From: an uncultured Verrucomicrobiae bacterium
GTDB taxonomy: Bacteria > Verrucomicrobiota > Verrucomicrobiia > Chthoniobacterales > JAFAMB01
Length of the DNA: 64,000 nucleotides
Direction of reading: 5' to 3'
NCBI GenBank assembly: GCA_963782115.1
Contig: CAWAIK010000005.1
Span: forward strand, 96,001 to 160,000
Shown here piece by piece: positions 41,150-52,419 of this stretch (positions are counted from its first letter, which is position 1; each line of letters opens with the position of its first letter). The position numbers and the translations under genes are program-made. A model generated the notes under the pieces. It saw only the letters and a list, made by a program, of their open reading frames with translations, did not search any database and was not told where the DNA came from.

Positions 41150-42030
41150 TGGATTGCGAGGAGCGACCATTACATCGTGCTGGTGTTGACGGGTCTCGGG
41201 CTGATCATCGTGGGTATCGGCCTTTAAGCTGGCGCTGGTGCCGTTTCACTTGTGGACGCCGGATGTGTACCAGGGTGCTCCTGCGCCAGTGACTGCCTTC
41301 GTGGCTACCGTCTCCAAAGGAGCGATGTTCGCGCTGCTGCTACGTTACTTCACGAAAGTGGACTTCCATCAGAATGAATCTCTGGTGGTGATTTTTGGAG
41401 TAATCGCCGCGGCCTCAATGTTCGCGGGGAACTTGCTCGCGCTCTTGCAGAACAATGTGAAGCGTCTTCTGGCCTACTCTTCCATCGCGCACCTGGATTA
41501 TTTGCTGGTGGCATTCTTGGCCAGTGGTTCGATGGCGGTGACAGCCGTGGCCTATTACCTAACCGCGTATTTTGTGACGACGCTTGGCGCGTTCGGCATC
41601 GTCACGGTGCTTTCCGGCAGAGACCGGGAAGCCGATGCAATTGAGGATTACCAAGGGCTGGCTTGGCAGCGACCTTGGGTAGCGACGGTATTTACCGTGA
41701 CGCTCTTGTCGCTGGCGGGAATCCCTTTGACTGCAGGTTTCGTGGGCAAGTTTTACGTTCTGGCCGCAGGAGCCGGGTCGGGGTTGTGGTGGCTGGTGCT
41801 CATCCTGGTCGTCACGAGCGCCGTCGGCTTGTTTTACTACCTCCGCGTCCTTGTGGTCATGTACCGGCTTCCTTCGCCGGAAATCGAGCCTTCGCCGGTA
41901 AAGCTGTCTATCTCCTTGGGGGGAAGTTTCGTGCTGGGGGCGCTGACGCTGTTGCTCGTCTGGCTGGGAGTCTATCCCGCGCCGTTTATCGAGTTGATTC
42001 AGACCACGCTGGCCAGTTTGACTCAACAAA
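41150..42030 (+). pseudogene. nuoN: NADH-quinone oxidoreductase subunit N, C-terminal part
   Basis: PFHLWTPDVYQGAP, KRLLAYSSIAH, SLAGIPLTAGFVGKF; no N-terminus. Confidence 0.88.
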
Positions 42031-42079
42031 TTCGGTGCTCGGTCCTCTTTGCCAGCGGGGTTTGCAGCCGCACGCCCAT

Positions 42080-42592
42080 TCAACCTTTGTAAGTGAGGAT
42101 CCGGCCCCAAAGACTCTTGGTACCCCAGATGCCCGAACGCAGGCATTCGAGCTGAACGATCTGGCTGTGATCCACAAAGAGGTTTACTTCCGGGCCGTAG
42201 TTTTTGATATACCACGCGAAGACTTCAGGATCCGCTGCTTCGAACATCGGCTTCTCCAGCCCCAGACCATTGATGGTCCTGGCGACCACATCGGTGCGCC
42301 AGCTCTTCACGTTCTCGGTTATACCCTCCGACTCGATCATAATCATGTACGCACCGGCAGCGACAAAACGCTTCGCCTGTGAGATCGCCCATTCGGGATC
42401 GCGCGTTCCTTCGGCTTCCAGCTCCGCTGCGGCTGTTGCTCCACCTGCCCGAATTGGATTCCGACTCGGGCTTGGCCTTTAAACCCGCTTTTTGCACTTT
42501 CTCCACCAAGCGCAGCCAATCGTCGGTCGGGATCGTGATGAAGCCGGTGGAGATTTCCACGATGTCGAATCCGAGCCGCTTGCATTCCTCTC
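42080..42592 (-). pseudogene. comA: Phosphosulfolactate synthase (ComA) C-terminal fragment, frameshifted
   Basis: GFDIVEISTGF, KAKPE, MIESEGITENV, FEAADP, VNLFVDH, LECLRSG. Confidence 0.82.
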
Positions 42593-43531
42593 GCCACGTC
42601 ATGGGCCGAGTGTGAAACCCTTCGTAGTCCTGCTTTTCCTTGGTAAGCGTCCGCCCGTCTCGCGACTGGACCATGATGTGGCAGGGCATCGCGTTCGGGA
42701 ATTTGAGGCTATAGGCCGACGACGCCCGCACCGCGACCTTCCGCAGCAGATCCTGGACGTCGGAACGTTGAATCCGTTCCGGCAAGTATTGCTCGGGCAT
42801 GACCTAGTCGTCCAGAATGGCCGCCGCCACCATGTACTGCAGACTGTGATCGGCTTGTTCTTTTGTGCGCACGATGGTCTTGTCGCCTTCCTCGCCGCCG
42901 CCGATGATGTTGTGGGCTACGTCGAAAATCTCGATTTCGACCCGCTCCACGTCCGCGCCGGCGACCTGGTGCTCATGTTTAAGTTCCAGGACGCCTTCGA
43001 TTGCCGACTGCGAATGGGGTCCAGCGGCGGGACTCTCCCCCAGATAGGCAAGCCATGACCGCCTCCCTCAGGTCGACGCTAAGATTTCGGCATTATATTT
43101 CTTTACGATGGTACGAGTCATGCGCTCCAGGTCCTCTTTCGACCAGTCGATTTCGAAATGGCCCGCGATGGCATCCATAAAGCCTTTGTTTCCTTCGAAG
43201 ACTTCGGGCGGACCAGTGATGCCGCGCCCGGCCAGGAATGCCGCGTGCGTCGCGCCAAAGGCCGTGTTCGGATAGGCTAGCCCTTTCCAATGCGAGAAAA
43301 CGCTGCGCGGTCTGGCGCCGTGCGACCTCCACCGATCAACGCGCAATGGCTGGCACCGCCAAAATCCTCGGTATGGGCGCGAATCAACTGAATGGGTTCG
43401 CCCTTCAACGCGCCGATCGCGCAGCCGAGCGAGTCCAGGATGCGAATCTTGAGCTGATCGCGCGCCGCCGGTGACAGTGTCTCAAAAGAGGAGCGCACCA
43501 CGAATGCGGCAAGTTGTTCAACTAGCGTCAT
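42593..43531 (-). pseudogene. MmgE/PrpD-family protein, copy A (deletions, insertion, nonsense)
   Basis: RILDSLGCAIGA, GITGP.EVFEG.KGF, KKYNAE, ADHSL; TAG at 42804-42806; fused into comA. Confidence 0.85.
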
Positions 43532-43803
43532 CTGCACCTCCTCCGAGTTGGTCCACCGCGCTTTTCAGAGCGGGATGCCCTGCGGCAAGCACGCCCATTC
43601 TCACAGCCGAGCCGGACCGGGACATTACAAGATATCATGGCAGAGTATATCGTACAGCGATAATTGTATTGAATGTTAAAGGCTTCGTAAGACGTAGTCG
43701 GGTATAAGAATTCAGTCGCATAGATAAAAAGGCACATAACCATGTATATTATCTCTTGCTTTAAGCGGATTTTTCGAATAGGGGTTCAATAGAGGTATAT
43801 AAT

Positions 43804-44160
43804 ATGAATGATTTACGCGATCCTTCATCATGTGTGTCGGCGCCGTCCTTATCCGACTCCAGCGAAAGCGGTCGTCTTCCAAACTCCCGAAAACGCGATA
43901 AGATTGAGGAATCCGATTCCCGCATACTAGCCGATTGTCGCCATGATCGCCAAGTATTAGATAAGATAGTGTTTACCACTTTCATGTTCGTGGTAACGAT
44001 ACTTTCGGCTATATTCACCACCGTCCTGGAATTGCCGGTTTTCTGGCGAAACTTCTGGTTGGCGATATGTATCACGTTCGCTGTTTTAATGTTCATCGGG
44101 GTATTTTACCTTGGTTCAGAACTGGGCAGACCAACCACTAAAAAATCCCATAGGTACTAG
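43804..44160 (+). CDS. Small membrane protein (2 TM), AT-rich
   Basis: Two hydrophobic stretches in the C-terminal half. Confidence 0.45.
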   Translation: MNDLRDPSSCVSAPSLSDSSESGRLPNSRKRDKIEESDSRILADCRHDRQVLDKIVFTTFMFVVTILSAIFTTVLELPVFWRNFWLAICITFAVLMFIGVFYLGSELGRPTTKKSHRY

Positions 44161-44249
44161 TTGAAACAAACAAGTTGGCTCTGATGCACCACCGATTCGG
44201 CAGATTACTTGATCCCTCCAATGAACGAAATCTGTGAAAGGCAAAACTT

Positions 44250-44405
44250 ATGAATTTTCCCGAAGACCCGTCGGCCCCATCCGCGGCCAGAGTCAAACTT
44301 GCCGGAGAATCGGATCAGCCATCGAAAACGATTGCTGCTTTACAGCTTAAGAAGCTTCTCGTCCCAACTGATTTTTCCGAAAACTCTAACAAGGCATTGG
44401 TGTAA
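44250..44405 (+). pseudogene. Universal stress protein N-terminal fragment
   Basis: LKKLLVPTDFSENSNKAL; homologous to 62655-62848. Confidence 0.8.
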
Positions 44406-44466
44406 TCTTGGCGGACACGCCTTCACAGGAACTTAGTAACAGTTACATCGATCAAAGGGAGGAACA

Positions 44467-45208
44467 ATGAGTACGCAACTAAGTCCGACAACCTTTCTGG
44501 TGAAACTAAAGAATCGCTTTCTCGTCGCTGAGCGGACGATGGCCTTCCAGTTTGAAAAACCCGCGGATTTCATTTTCAAACCAGGCCAATGGATCGATAT
44601 CACCTCGGTCAGTCCCACCCAAACAGATGCCAAGGGTAATGTGCGCGGGTTTTCAATCGCGAGTGCGCCTCACGAAGATATTCTCATGGTGGCCACTCGA
44701 TTGCGTGATACTGCTTTCAAGCGAGAGCTGGCGACTATCCCTGTGAATACTGAGGTCAAAATTGAAGGTCCCGGTGGCAATCTGGTTTTGCACCATAATG
44801 CAGCCAGGACGGCTGTCTTCCTGGCCGGCGGTATCGGCGTCACTCCTATCCGGAGCATTCTTTATCATGCTGCCAAGCAGCGACTGCCGCACCGGATTCT
44901 TTTCTTCTTCTCAAATCGACGGCCGGAGGATGCGCCGTTTCTCGCCGATTTGCAGGCACTGCAAAAAGAAAATCCAAACTACGCATTCATCCCTACCATG
45001 ACCGAGTTGGCGAAATCACAGCACCAGTGGAACGGGGAGACGGGTTACATCAACAAAGAGATGCTGGCGAAATATGCTAAGGATGCGAAATCTCCGATCT
45101 ATTACATCGTCGGGCCGCCGGGAATGGTTAACGGTTTGCACAGCTTGGTCAACGAGGCAGAGGTTGATGATGATGACATCCGGACCGAAGACTTTTAGCG
45201 GCTACTAA
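44467..45208 (+). CDS. Ferredoxin-NADP reductase-like FAD/NAD oxidoreductase
   Basis: PGQW, RGFSIAS, AGGIGVTP, VGPPGM; an extra T in TTTT removes the terminal SGY. Confidence 0.88.
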
Positions 45209-45255
45209 GCGAATGATCTGGGTAGACCAACACCGTCTTCAATAAAGATAAAGTT

Positions 45256-45993
45256 ATGTTGCGAAGCATTAAGCAGCTTTACGGAGAAAAACTCGTCACG
45301 TCTGAGGGCGACATCGGCCATGTGAAAGATTTCTATTTTGATGATCAGAAGTGGGCGATTCGCTATATTGTCGTGGACACGGATGCATGGCTATCGGCTC
45401 GTTTCGTGCTGATCTCTCCGCATGCTTTCGGCAACCTCCATCAAGACCGAAACGTCCTGCTCGTGAACCTGACTCGGAAACAGATTGAAAACAGTCCATC
45501 GATTGAGTCGCACAAGCCAGTGTCCCGACAATACGAAGAAAGGTATTACCGATACTACGGCTGGCCGTCCTATTGGCTGGGGGAGGCAATGTGGGGCGTA
45601 AGCGGTTTTCCCGTGATTCTGCCGCCGGCGTATCCTTTGCCGAGTAACCAAGCAACCGGGGGTGGCAGCCTCCACACCGGCGACGATCCTCATTTGCGGA
45701 GCACACAGGCCGTTAGCGGCTACCACATCCAAACCAGCGATGCAATGATCGGACACGTCATTGATTTTATGATGGACGACAAGAGTTGGGCGATTCGTCA
45801 CTTGGTCGTCGAGACCGGCCATTGGCCTTCCGGAAAGGAGATAGCGATTTCGCCGAACCATATCGACTGGATCAGTTACGAAGAGTCCAAGGTGTACGTG
45901 AACGTGACTAAGGAAGCCATCCTGCAAGCACCGGAATACCACGTTCCTCCGCCCGGCGCGGCATATCACGATACGCGGAATTTCGACGACTGA
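45256..45993 (+). CDS. PRC-barrel domain protein (two barrels)
   Basis: IGHVKDFYFDD..WAIRY and IGHVIDFMMDD..WAIRH repeats. Confidence 0.88.
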   Translation: MLRSIKQLYGEKLVTSEGDIGHVKDFYFDDQKWAIRYIVVDTDAWLSARFVLISPHAFGNLHQDRNVLLVNLTRKQIENSPSIESHKPVSRQYEERYYRYYGWPSYWLGEAMWGVSGFPVILPPAYPLPSNQATGGGSLHTGDDPHLRSTQAVSGYHIQTSDAMIGHVIDFMMDDKSWAIRHLVVETGHWPSGKEIAISPNHIDWISYEESKVYVNVTKEAILQAPEYHVPPPGAAYHDTRNFDD

Positions 45994-46039
45994 GTTGTGA
46001 AGACGATCAGCGGTAATCGCGAAGAGGACTCGAGACTTT

Positions 46040-46249
46040 ATGACTACGCCCGCAATGGAATCAACGATTGATCCCTGCTGGCAAAGCCATCCTGGCAGTC
46101 GACGAAAGCGCTCTTGACCCCAGTGTTACGGCAACTGTTCAAACCACTACGAGTGCGAAGCTGTCTGCCCCGTTGAGATCAGCGTCCAATGGATTGCGAA
46201 GTTGAACCGCGAGTACACCTCTGCACTCGTCAAAGAGCAGGTCTCCTGA
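46040..46249 (+). pseudogene. Collapsed remnant: class I aldolase start, sdhC upstream piece, sdhB 3' end
   Basis: AGKAILAVDES; 46107-46130 matches 52383-52406 at 23/24; then [27 protein letters not shown]. Confidence 0.8.
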
Positions 46250-46339
46250 GCATCGGGAGATCGTCTGCTTCCTGAGGGAGCAGCGCGACCTGCCGGGTGA
46301 GCAGATTGACAACGGAAGCTTCCAGTCGGAGACGTCGTT

Positions 46340-46681
46340 ATGCGCGATAAGCTCTTCTTACTCAAGCCCGACTTCTATGACGGAGGCAACCAACGGTACT
46401 ACTGCCCGCACTGTGCCGAGCTCGAAGGAGTGTTGTCGTTTTATCCACGGCTGCGAAAAGAAATCGATGTGGAATACGTCGACTTCGCGCGGCCGCGGTC
46501 AGCAATCGTGGAGTTGCTCGGCGAAAAAAACCAGGACACTCCGGTGCTCGTGGTGGGCGGCTCTTTCCAGCTGTCGGCGAACATTGAGCATGGCTCAACC
46601 AACGGTCAGGTGTTCATCTCCGTAGAAGAAAACATCGGCCGCTACCTTGCCGAGCGGTACGGAATTGGGTTAGCGCATTAG
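46340..46681 (+). CDS. DUF3088-family thioredoxin-like protein
   Basis: DKLFLLKPDF, YYCPHC, FARPR, GEKNQ.TPVLV. Confidence 0.8.
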   Translation: MRDKLFLLKPDFYDGGNQRYYCPHCAELEGVLSFYPRLRKEIDVEYVDFARPRSAIVELLGEKNQDTPVLVVGGSFQLSANIEHGSTNGQVFISVEENIGRYLAERYGIGLAH

Positions 46682-46715
46682 CGATAAAGGCGTCGTGGTG
46701 TCGTGTTTAATCTAA

Positions 46716-47010
46716 GCCATCTTCGACAGTCGAAAATTAGATTAATGGCATTGAACGCATTTCCCGCTTGGCGACTGCTTTGTTGCAGCTCGCGTAAAGC
46801 TGGCGGAAGCGCCACTCCAGCGGCGCGCACCGCCTGGGGCGCGTGTGCTATGAGTTGGCTGCGGAGTACAAATCGTTTGCCCTGGGAGTTAGCCGCAGCC
46901 TGTTGCAAGCCGTCCAACCCGCGAATCACCTCCTTCCATTCCCACTGAAGAGCGGCTTGCTTTATGCGGCTCTCCAGCTCTTGCTTTGAGTAGCAACGCC
47001 AGGCTCAGAG
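46716..47010 (-). mobile_element. IS1634-family transposase C-terminus and right end
   Basis: LALLLK, IRGLDGLQ..QGKRFVLRSQL..RAAGVALPP; terminal CTGTCGAAGATGG. Confidence 0.7.
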
Positions 47011-47074
47011 AAATTCCGCGATGAAATCGGGCGAGCTCGGAGTGCAGCCAGGAATCAGGACTATGCTGCCGCAG

Positions 47075-48009
47075 CCATTCGAGCACCGGGTTCGCTCCTC
47101 CAGTGATAAACTTCAGTGTTCGAGCCTCGAAATAGCCTTGGCTCACCGAATGATACAACTGCAGTACTCCAAGCGGAAAAAAGAGTAGCGAACACCATCC
47201 GGGCGAGACCAAGATTGAGTGACCAGAAACTTATCTTGGCAGCACGATTAGACCAGCGTTCTTCCGGGATCATGTAACGCTGACAAAACAACGCCAGCCC
47301 TACGCTCAGCATGCCATAGACTCCCATCATTGAAGCGTGCGCATGATTGGCCGTAAGCGCTGTGCCGATCTCATAGTAGGAAATGATCGGCAGATTGATC
47401 AGGAAGCCGAAGATCCCCGCCCCCAGGAAGTTCCAGAAACCAACCGATGCCAGAAACGTGGCCGCCCAGAAATGCGGGAATGGGGTCTGCGATTTTGCCT
47501 CCTGCTGCGCGCCCAGCTGAACGAAGCTCCACGCCTCGAAAGTGAGGATCGTCAGCGGAATTACTTCCGCAGCCCTTGGTCGTAGCGGTTAGTTTTGAAA
47601 TCTGCTATCGTAACCGCCTTTGCATGGTCGGAGCCGAGGCCATTATCCTAAAAACGGAAATTTTCCATTTACGCTTCTAGGTTTATTAAAAGTCGATGGC
47701 CATTTGAGCCGAACGATGCAGGTAATCGGCGGTATAGTCAGGCCCGAGATATGCCCCGTGACCAAAAATCGACCCATATTCCATCAAGCCGTTTCGCAGA
47801 AAAGTCGCTTGTCCAGCCATGATGTCCGCCCGGGTAAAGAGAAGCCGGCCGTCGGGGTCCAGCACCTTTGCCGGGATTGGAGGTTCCCCAGTGTAAGTGT
47901 TGTAAGCGAGAATTCCGAGGACCAAAAACCCAAATAGTGTTACCCGGAGCACCGCCTGAATCCAACCTTCGGTCAAAAGAAATCCGCGTTTAGTCGTAGT
48001 TGTCTCCAT
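47075..48009 (-). pseudogene. norB: Quinol-dependent nitric oxide reductase with large internal deletion
   Basis: YGSIFGHGAYLGPDYTADYLH (N-term); AAEVIPL, GFLINLP, ANHAHA, GVYG, LEWLR (C-term). Confidence 0.88.
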
Positions 48010-48435
48010 ACAAATCGATAGTTCCAGAAAAGATTGATTCTCCACAGCAGGCGAAGCGTTTCTTTGCCTCGTCCTAAAGGGATAAGCGTCACAAGGTCGG
48101 CTGTGCACCGGTTTGGATGCTCTCATGGCCCGATCGACTCCAGCCTGCAACGGACGATCCGCATGCATGTGTGGAGAATCATTTCGCAAAATAAAGTACG
48201 GTTAGCCTTGGGAACGGGGCCAGCACAGTGGCGCATTATTTCGTAGGAATTGGCGCGTTGGGCTCCGGCGTCATCTGGGCAAGGTCGCCTCCGAAAGTAA
48301 CTTCCGATTTTCCCGCTTTGAAGCTCTTCGCTTTGCTCTGAAAAATCAGTCCAGCGTCGAGCCGTACGCGTTCTTCGGCTAATACATGCAGAAGGTGTCG
48401 CCGGGATCGGCCAAACGATCTAAATTTCTACCTAG

Positions 48436-49478
48436 ATGATGAAGATCTCTTTCGTCAACACCAAGGGCAGCGAACAAGCCTTCTTTCAAGAACAACTATC
48501 CGACCACGACCTAGAGTTCGTTAGTTCTATCGAGACAGTGTCAAGCGACGCGGAATTGTTTCGATTTTCATTTACGACTGGTTGAATCTTGGCTTTCTGG
48601 AATCGCATCCGGCGCTGCGTCTCGTCTGTACGCGCTCGACAGGGTCTGATCACATCGAGGTAGAGCATTGCCGGCACCGGGGCATAGTCGTCTCAACGGT
48701 GCCCACGTACGGAGAAAATACAGTCGCAGAGCATGCCTTTGCGTTGATCTTGTCATTGTCCCGACGCTTGCGTCAGTCAATCCTCGCCGCGAAAGAACCG
48801 CGTTTTTCTGCGGAGGCAATTCGCGGTTTTGACTTGAAGGGTAAAACCATCGGTGTAATTGGAACTGGCCACATTGGGTTGCATGCGATCCGAGTCGCAC
48901 GCGGATTTGGCATGCAGGTCCTCGGCTGCGATACAGCTCCGCAATCGCATCTCGCTGACCTCCTTGGATTTGAGTACACGACCCTGGGGGACCTGTTGCG
49001 ACGGTCGCAAATTATTACGCTCCATTGCCCGCTTCGGCCCGATAATTACCACTTATTGAATCGACAGACGTTCGCCGAGTGCGCTCGAGGAGCACTAATC
49101 ATCAACACCGCGAGAGGCGCATTAATCGACACCGACGCTTTGATCGAAGCTCTCAACGCGGGCATTGTTGGCGGCGCGGGCCTGGACGTGCTCGACGGTG
49201 AAATGACCTCGGTCCGTACACCTCATTTGAACATTACCGAGCAGGTCCTCAAGGAGCTCCACTCGGGAATTTCGCCCGAGGAACATCGTCTGAAGCATCC
49301 GGATCGAATCCGCAAGCTTCTAGAGGTGATGCGCAACAAGGCACTGATTTCCAGACCGAATGTGGTCTTCACACCTCACATTGCGTTCAACAGTTTTGAA
49401 GCCGTTGAGCGGATCAACCACACTACCGTAGACAATATCCGTGCCTTCCTCAGCGGGCGACCGATAAACACCGCTTAA
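48436..49478 (+). pseudogene. D-2-hydroxyacid (D-lactate-like) dehydrogenase with N-terminal frameshift
   Basis: RSTGSDH, VAEHA, GTGHIG, INTARG, LDV, TPHIAF; frame break near 48560-48580. Confidence 0.85.
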
Positions 49479-49589
49479 GTTGTGGGCAAAGAATCGCTCG
49501 AACTGTTTCGACTAAAATAAGAGCCCGCGTTCGGAGCGACCTAAACTATCCTGCGCGAGCGGGACGAGGCAGTTTGAGCCGCCGGGTGG

Positions 49590-50619
49590 GAAGATTGACA
49601 ACGGAAGCTTCCAGTCGGAGACGTCGTTATGCGCGATAAGCTCTTCTTGCTCAAGCCCGACTTCTATGACGGAGGCAACCAACGGTACTACTGCCCGCAC
49701 GGTGCCGAGCTCGAAGGAGTGTTGTCGTTTTATCCACGCAGACGAGCGAGGATTCTTGAAAGAGTTTCGCTCCGGATGCCGAGTTCGCCAGCGAGGAGCA
49801 TCTTCGTCGTGCCAATGGGCACGTGAACCGGCTCTTCCGATAATGGGGTTGGGCACCGCTTGAGGATCCAGTGGATCAAGCGTGTTTCGGCGTCTTTCAG
49901 CCATCGTAAAAGAGATGCTGCCCCCGGCGAGACGTTTGAGAAAAGCAAAACTACCAGGTCGCTTCGGGAATTTCCCTAAATCAGGGGGGTAGATTGGAAG
50001 GAATAAGTAGTGGCGGCGATTCGCAGGCTTTCACGTTCGCGGTGCATTCCTTCAGATTACCAGAAATCACGTGTTTTCACCCTCCCGAATACCGTCGAAG
50101 CGAATTAAGTAAAATCTTGATCTGGATCAAGGTCGTCTGCTGCAATCGGGTGGAGAATACTTACATGGCGGAACCATCTATCTTCCAAGATTTAGCGAAA
50201 ATCATTGAACTGGCGGACAAGATACCATTGGTGCCAGACGGCATTGTCAGCCGAACGCTTTTCAAATCCCTTTCGCCCGCGTCGTGCTATTCAGTTTTGC
50301 CGAAGGCGAGGAACTGACCGAGCACACTAGCCCATTTCGCGTCATCGTGCAGATTCTCAATGGCACGTGCGATTTTACCGTCGGTTCAGAAAGGAGACTT
50401 CTGGTAGCGGGCGACGTCGTCTATATGCCTCTGCGCCTGTTGCATTCGGTAAAGGCAGCAAAAGCCTTTTCCTTGCTCGTAACTCTCATCACGAACCCAA
50501 CTGAAAAAGAACCATGAGATCAACCAGACGCCTACCCGGAGAGCACCTCGATGCCAGCAAGATGCCCGGACATTGGCTGCTTGCGCGCCTCGGCAAGCGC
50601 GTACTCCGACCGGCGGTCC
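49590..50619. repeat. Degenerate duplicate of the DUF3088 5' part plus Crp/Fnr-cupin-methyltransferase block
   Basis: 49590-49738 matches about 46300-46449; 49818-50619 matches 39334-40450 with internal deletions; keeps the HTH ELGIRSETLSRIL. Confidence 0.92.
50117..50130. promoter_or_regulatory. FNR-type binding site, second copy
   Basis: TTGATCTGGATCAA identical to 39948-39961. Confidence 0.8.
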
Positions 50620-50905
50620 AAGCGCGCGAGGCGTAAACGAAGACGAATACCTCCCGCCGGCGAAACTTGGAGTAACAAAGATCAATATTGATACTGACGA
50701 ACGCTTGGTCTGGACACCATCGAGAATTTTTTCGCGATCATCCGCGAGCCAGCCGGCAAAGCCGCTGAAGCCCGACAAGTGGGAGTACCCGTGGTTCGCT
50801 GCTTGGGATCTCGCTTTTCACATTCTCCCCATTTCGCGTATCGACCCCCCGTTTGCCCGATCCTGGTTAGTGGAGAGGAAGCGAAGAGAAAACGGTCAGA
50901 TGCCA
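50620..50905 (+). pseudogene. Fragments of class II aldolase and GH63/MGH1-like glucosidase
   Basis: [16 protein letters not shown] followed by [17 protein letters not shown]. Confidence 0.75.
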
Positions 50906-50943
50906 ACAAAGATATCGTAACTCCCAAAAATCCGCGATTTCGA

Positions 50944-51216
50944 ATGAATAGAGGCAAACTTCACGAACAGGCCAGGCGCGCGATTGAACGACTAATCGTC
51001 AATCGGGGCATTAAAGCGGGCAGTCGGATTCCCACCGAGAGTAAGTTGGCCGGAGAATTTTACGTCAGTCGGACCACAATTCGCAGGGCTTTAAAGGATT
51101 TGGAGCAGGAGGGCAAAATCGAGTACGCGCTTGGCGGAATGATCGTCGCGCAGCAGACTACCCCGAAGAAAGTGCAAAAACAAGGTTGTGCACGCGCGTC
51201 CAGATCAAAGGTGTGA
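50944..51216 (+). pseudogene. GntR-family HTH-only remnant
   Basis: GSRIPTESKLAGEFYVSRTTIRRALKDLEQEG. Confidence 0.75.
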
Positions 51217-51355
51217 GTGCTCTTTGGTCTTCACATGTTGTTGTGGGTCTATCAGATGCTGACCCCCTCGATAGCCTCCTGAGACCCTTGTTCGACCGCG
51301 TCCAGGCTTTCTCGATTAAAATCTGCTCCTATTCAGCTACCCCACTTTATTCGGA

Positions 51356-51712
51356 CTACCTTTTCGGGCTGAGCCGGGCAGTCACTTGCTGCTGCGCATA
51401 TTCACCACTTCCATTTCCGAATAGGCGACCGGCTGGCCGTTTGGCGAGGACGGCGACTTTGTAGCCAAGAGAGTCGGTTATCCATTGGGCGTATGGCAAG
51501 GGGTCGTCCGCGCAGATTTCGCCGTGCCATTCGCGGGTGACGCCGCCATCGGGCTGGACGACTTCGGTCAGCACGATGCGCATGGCGTTCTTAAAAGGGA
51601 CACAGGGCGTTATCCAATGATCAAATATGCGGGTTTCTTCGCCCGTCTCTTCGTCGATCTCCTGCCATGCCAGTGAATCGTTTGTGGTATCAAAATCGAT
51701 AGTAAGCTTCAT
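51356..51712 (-). CDS. Hypothetical protein
   Basis: Open frame from MKLTIDFDTT, no recognised motif. Confidence 0.45.
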   Translation of the reverse strand: MKLTIDFDTTNDSLAWQEIDEETGEETRIFDHWITPCVPFKNAMRIVLTEVVQPDGGVTREWHGEICADDPLPYAQWITDSLGYKVAVLAKRPAGRLFGNGSGEYAQQQVTARLSPKR

Positions 51713-51949
51713 CTGTTTTGGTTTTTTTATAACCTTCAGCGACCTTCTGATACAATAGCCTGATCTCTCAGGATTTGGACTTTCCAAGCGCCATAGACAC
51801 AGCAGGCTGGATTGAGCGGATGGTCGTCCCGGATGACGGCGGCGACGTGTTTGGAAACCCGGATGATATAGCGCCCGCACGGGTAATTGATAGTGAAGCT
51901 CAAGGGTATCATGCGCTTTTGGCCGCAGATTGCCGGGAAAGGGATCCAC

Positions 51950-52133
51950 GTTAAGTGGCACCGAACTCGAAGCTGCCTCGATGGGCCAGATTCGTTTGCG
52001 ACTCTTTAAAATTGCAGCGCGCTTGAGGGCCAGCGTCAGGCGTATCCACGTTGAACTCTGCTCGGCATATCCGCTCAAAGCGCTCTTCGCCTTGATTCAC
52101 CAGCGACTCGGCGCCCTGCAGGTTCCCTCCTGA
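51950..52133 (+). mobile_element. IS1380-family transposase C-terminal fragment
   Basis: GTELEAASMGQIRLRLFKIAARLRASVRRIHVELCSAYP. Confidence 0.8.
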
Positions 52134-52419
52134 GGCTTTTCCCAAGCCGGAAAGACCTGCACTATAGGCTCGGCAAGCCGCGCCTCTAGCCGGGAAACTT
52201 TCGTCTCTGAAGAGGGAAAACTTGGGCCTCCACACCGCAATGCAGAAAAATCCCTCCTGAACAGCCAAAAATCTGCCATTGCGGCCGTGCAGGATTTTCT
52301 TTCGAAGGCATAACATTTTAAGTCACAGTTTTGATCCTGGTTTGTGATTTGTTGAGGCTAGATGCTCGACTCTTGACGCAGCAGCGCTCTTGACCTCAGT
52401 GTTACGATAAGCTGCAGCG

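Noticed and set aside
14950..42806. Three in-frame TAG codons (14950, 15088, 42804) suggesting amber recoding
   Set aside because: Intact genes here (LacI, RpiR, SDR, GNAT) end in TAG, the affected genes carry other lesions, and the prpD paralogue has CAG, so these are ordinary nonsense mutations
39334..50619. Diverged duplicates as DGR template/variable repeats or a shufflon
   Set aside because: Differences are not adenine-specific, no RT or invertase is present, and junctions share no recombination motif
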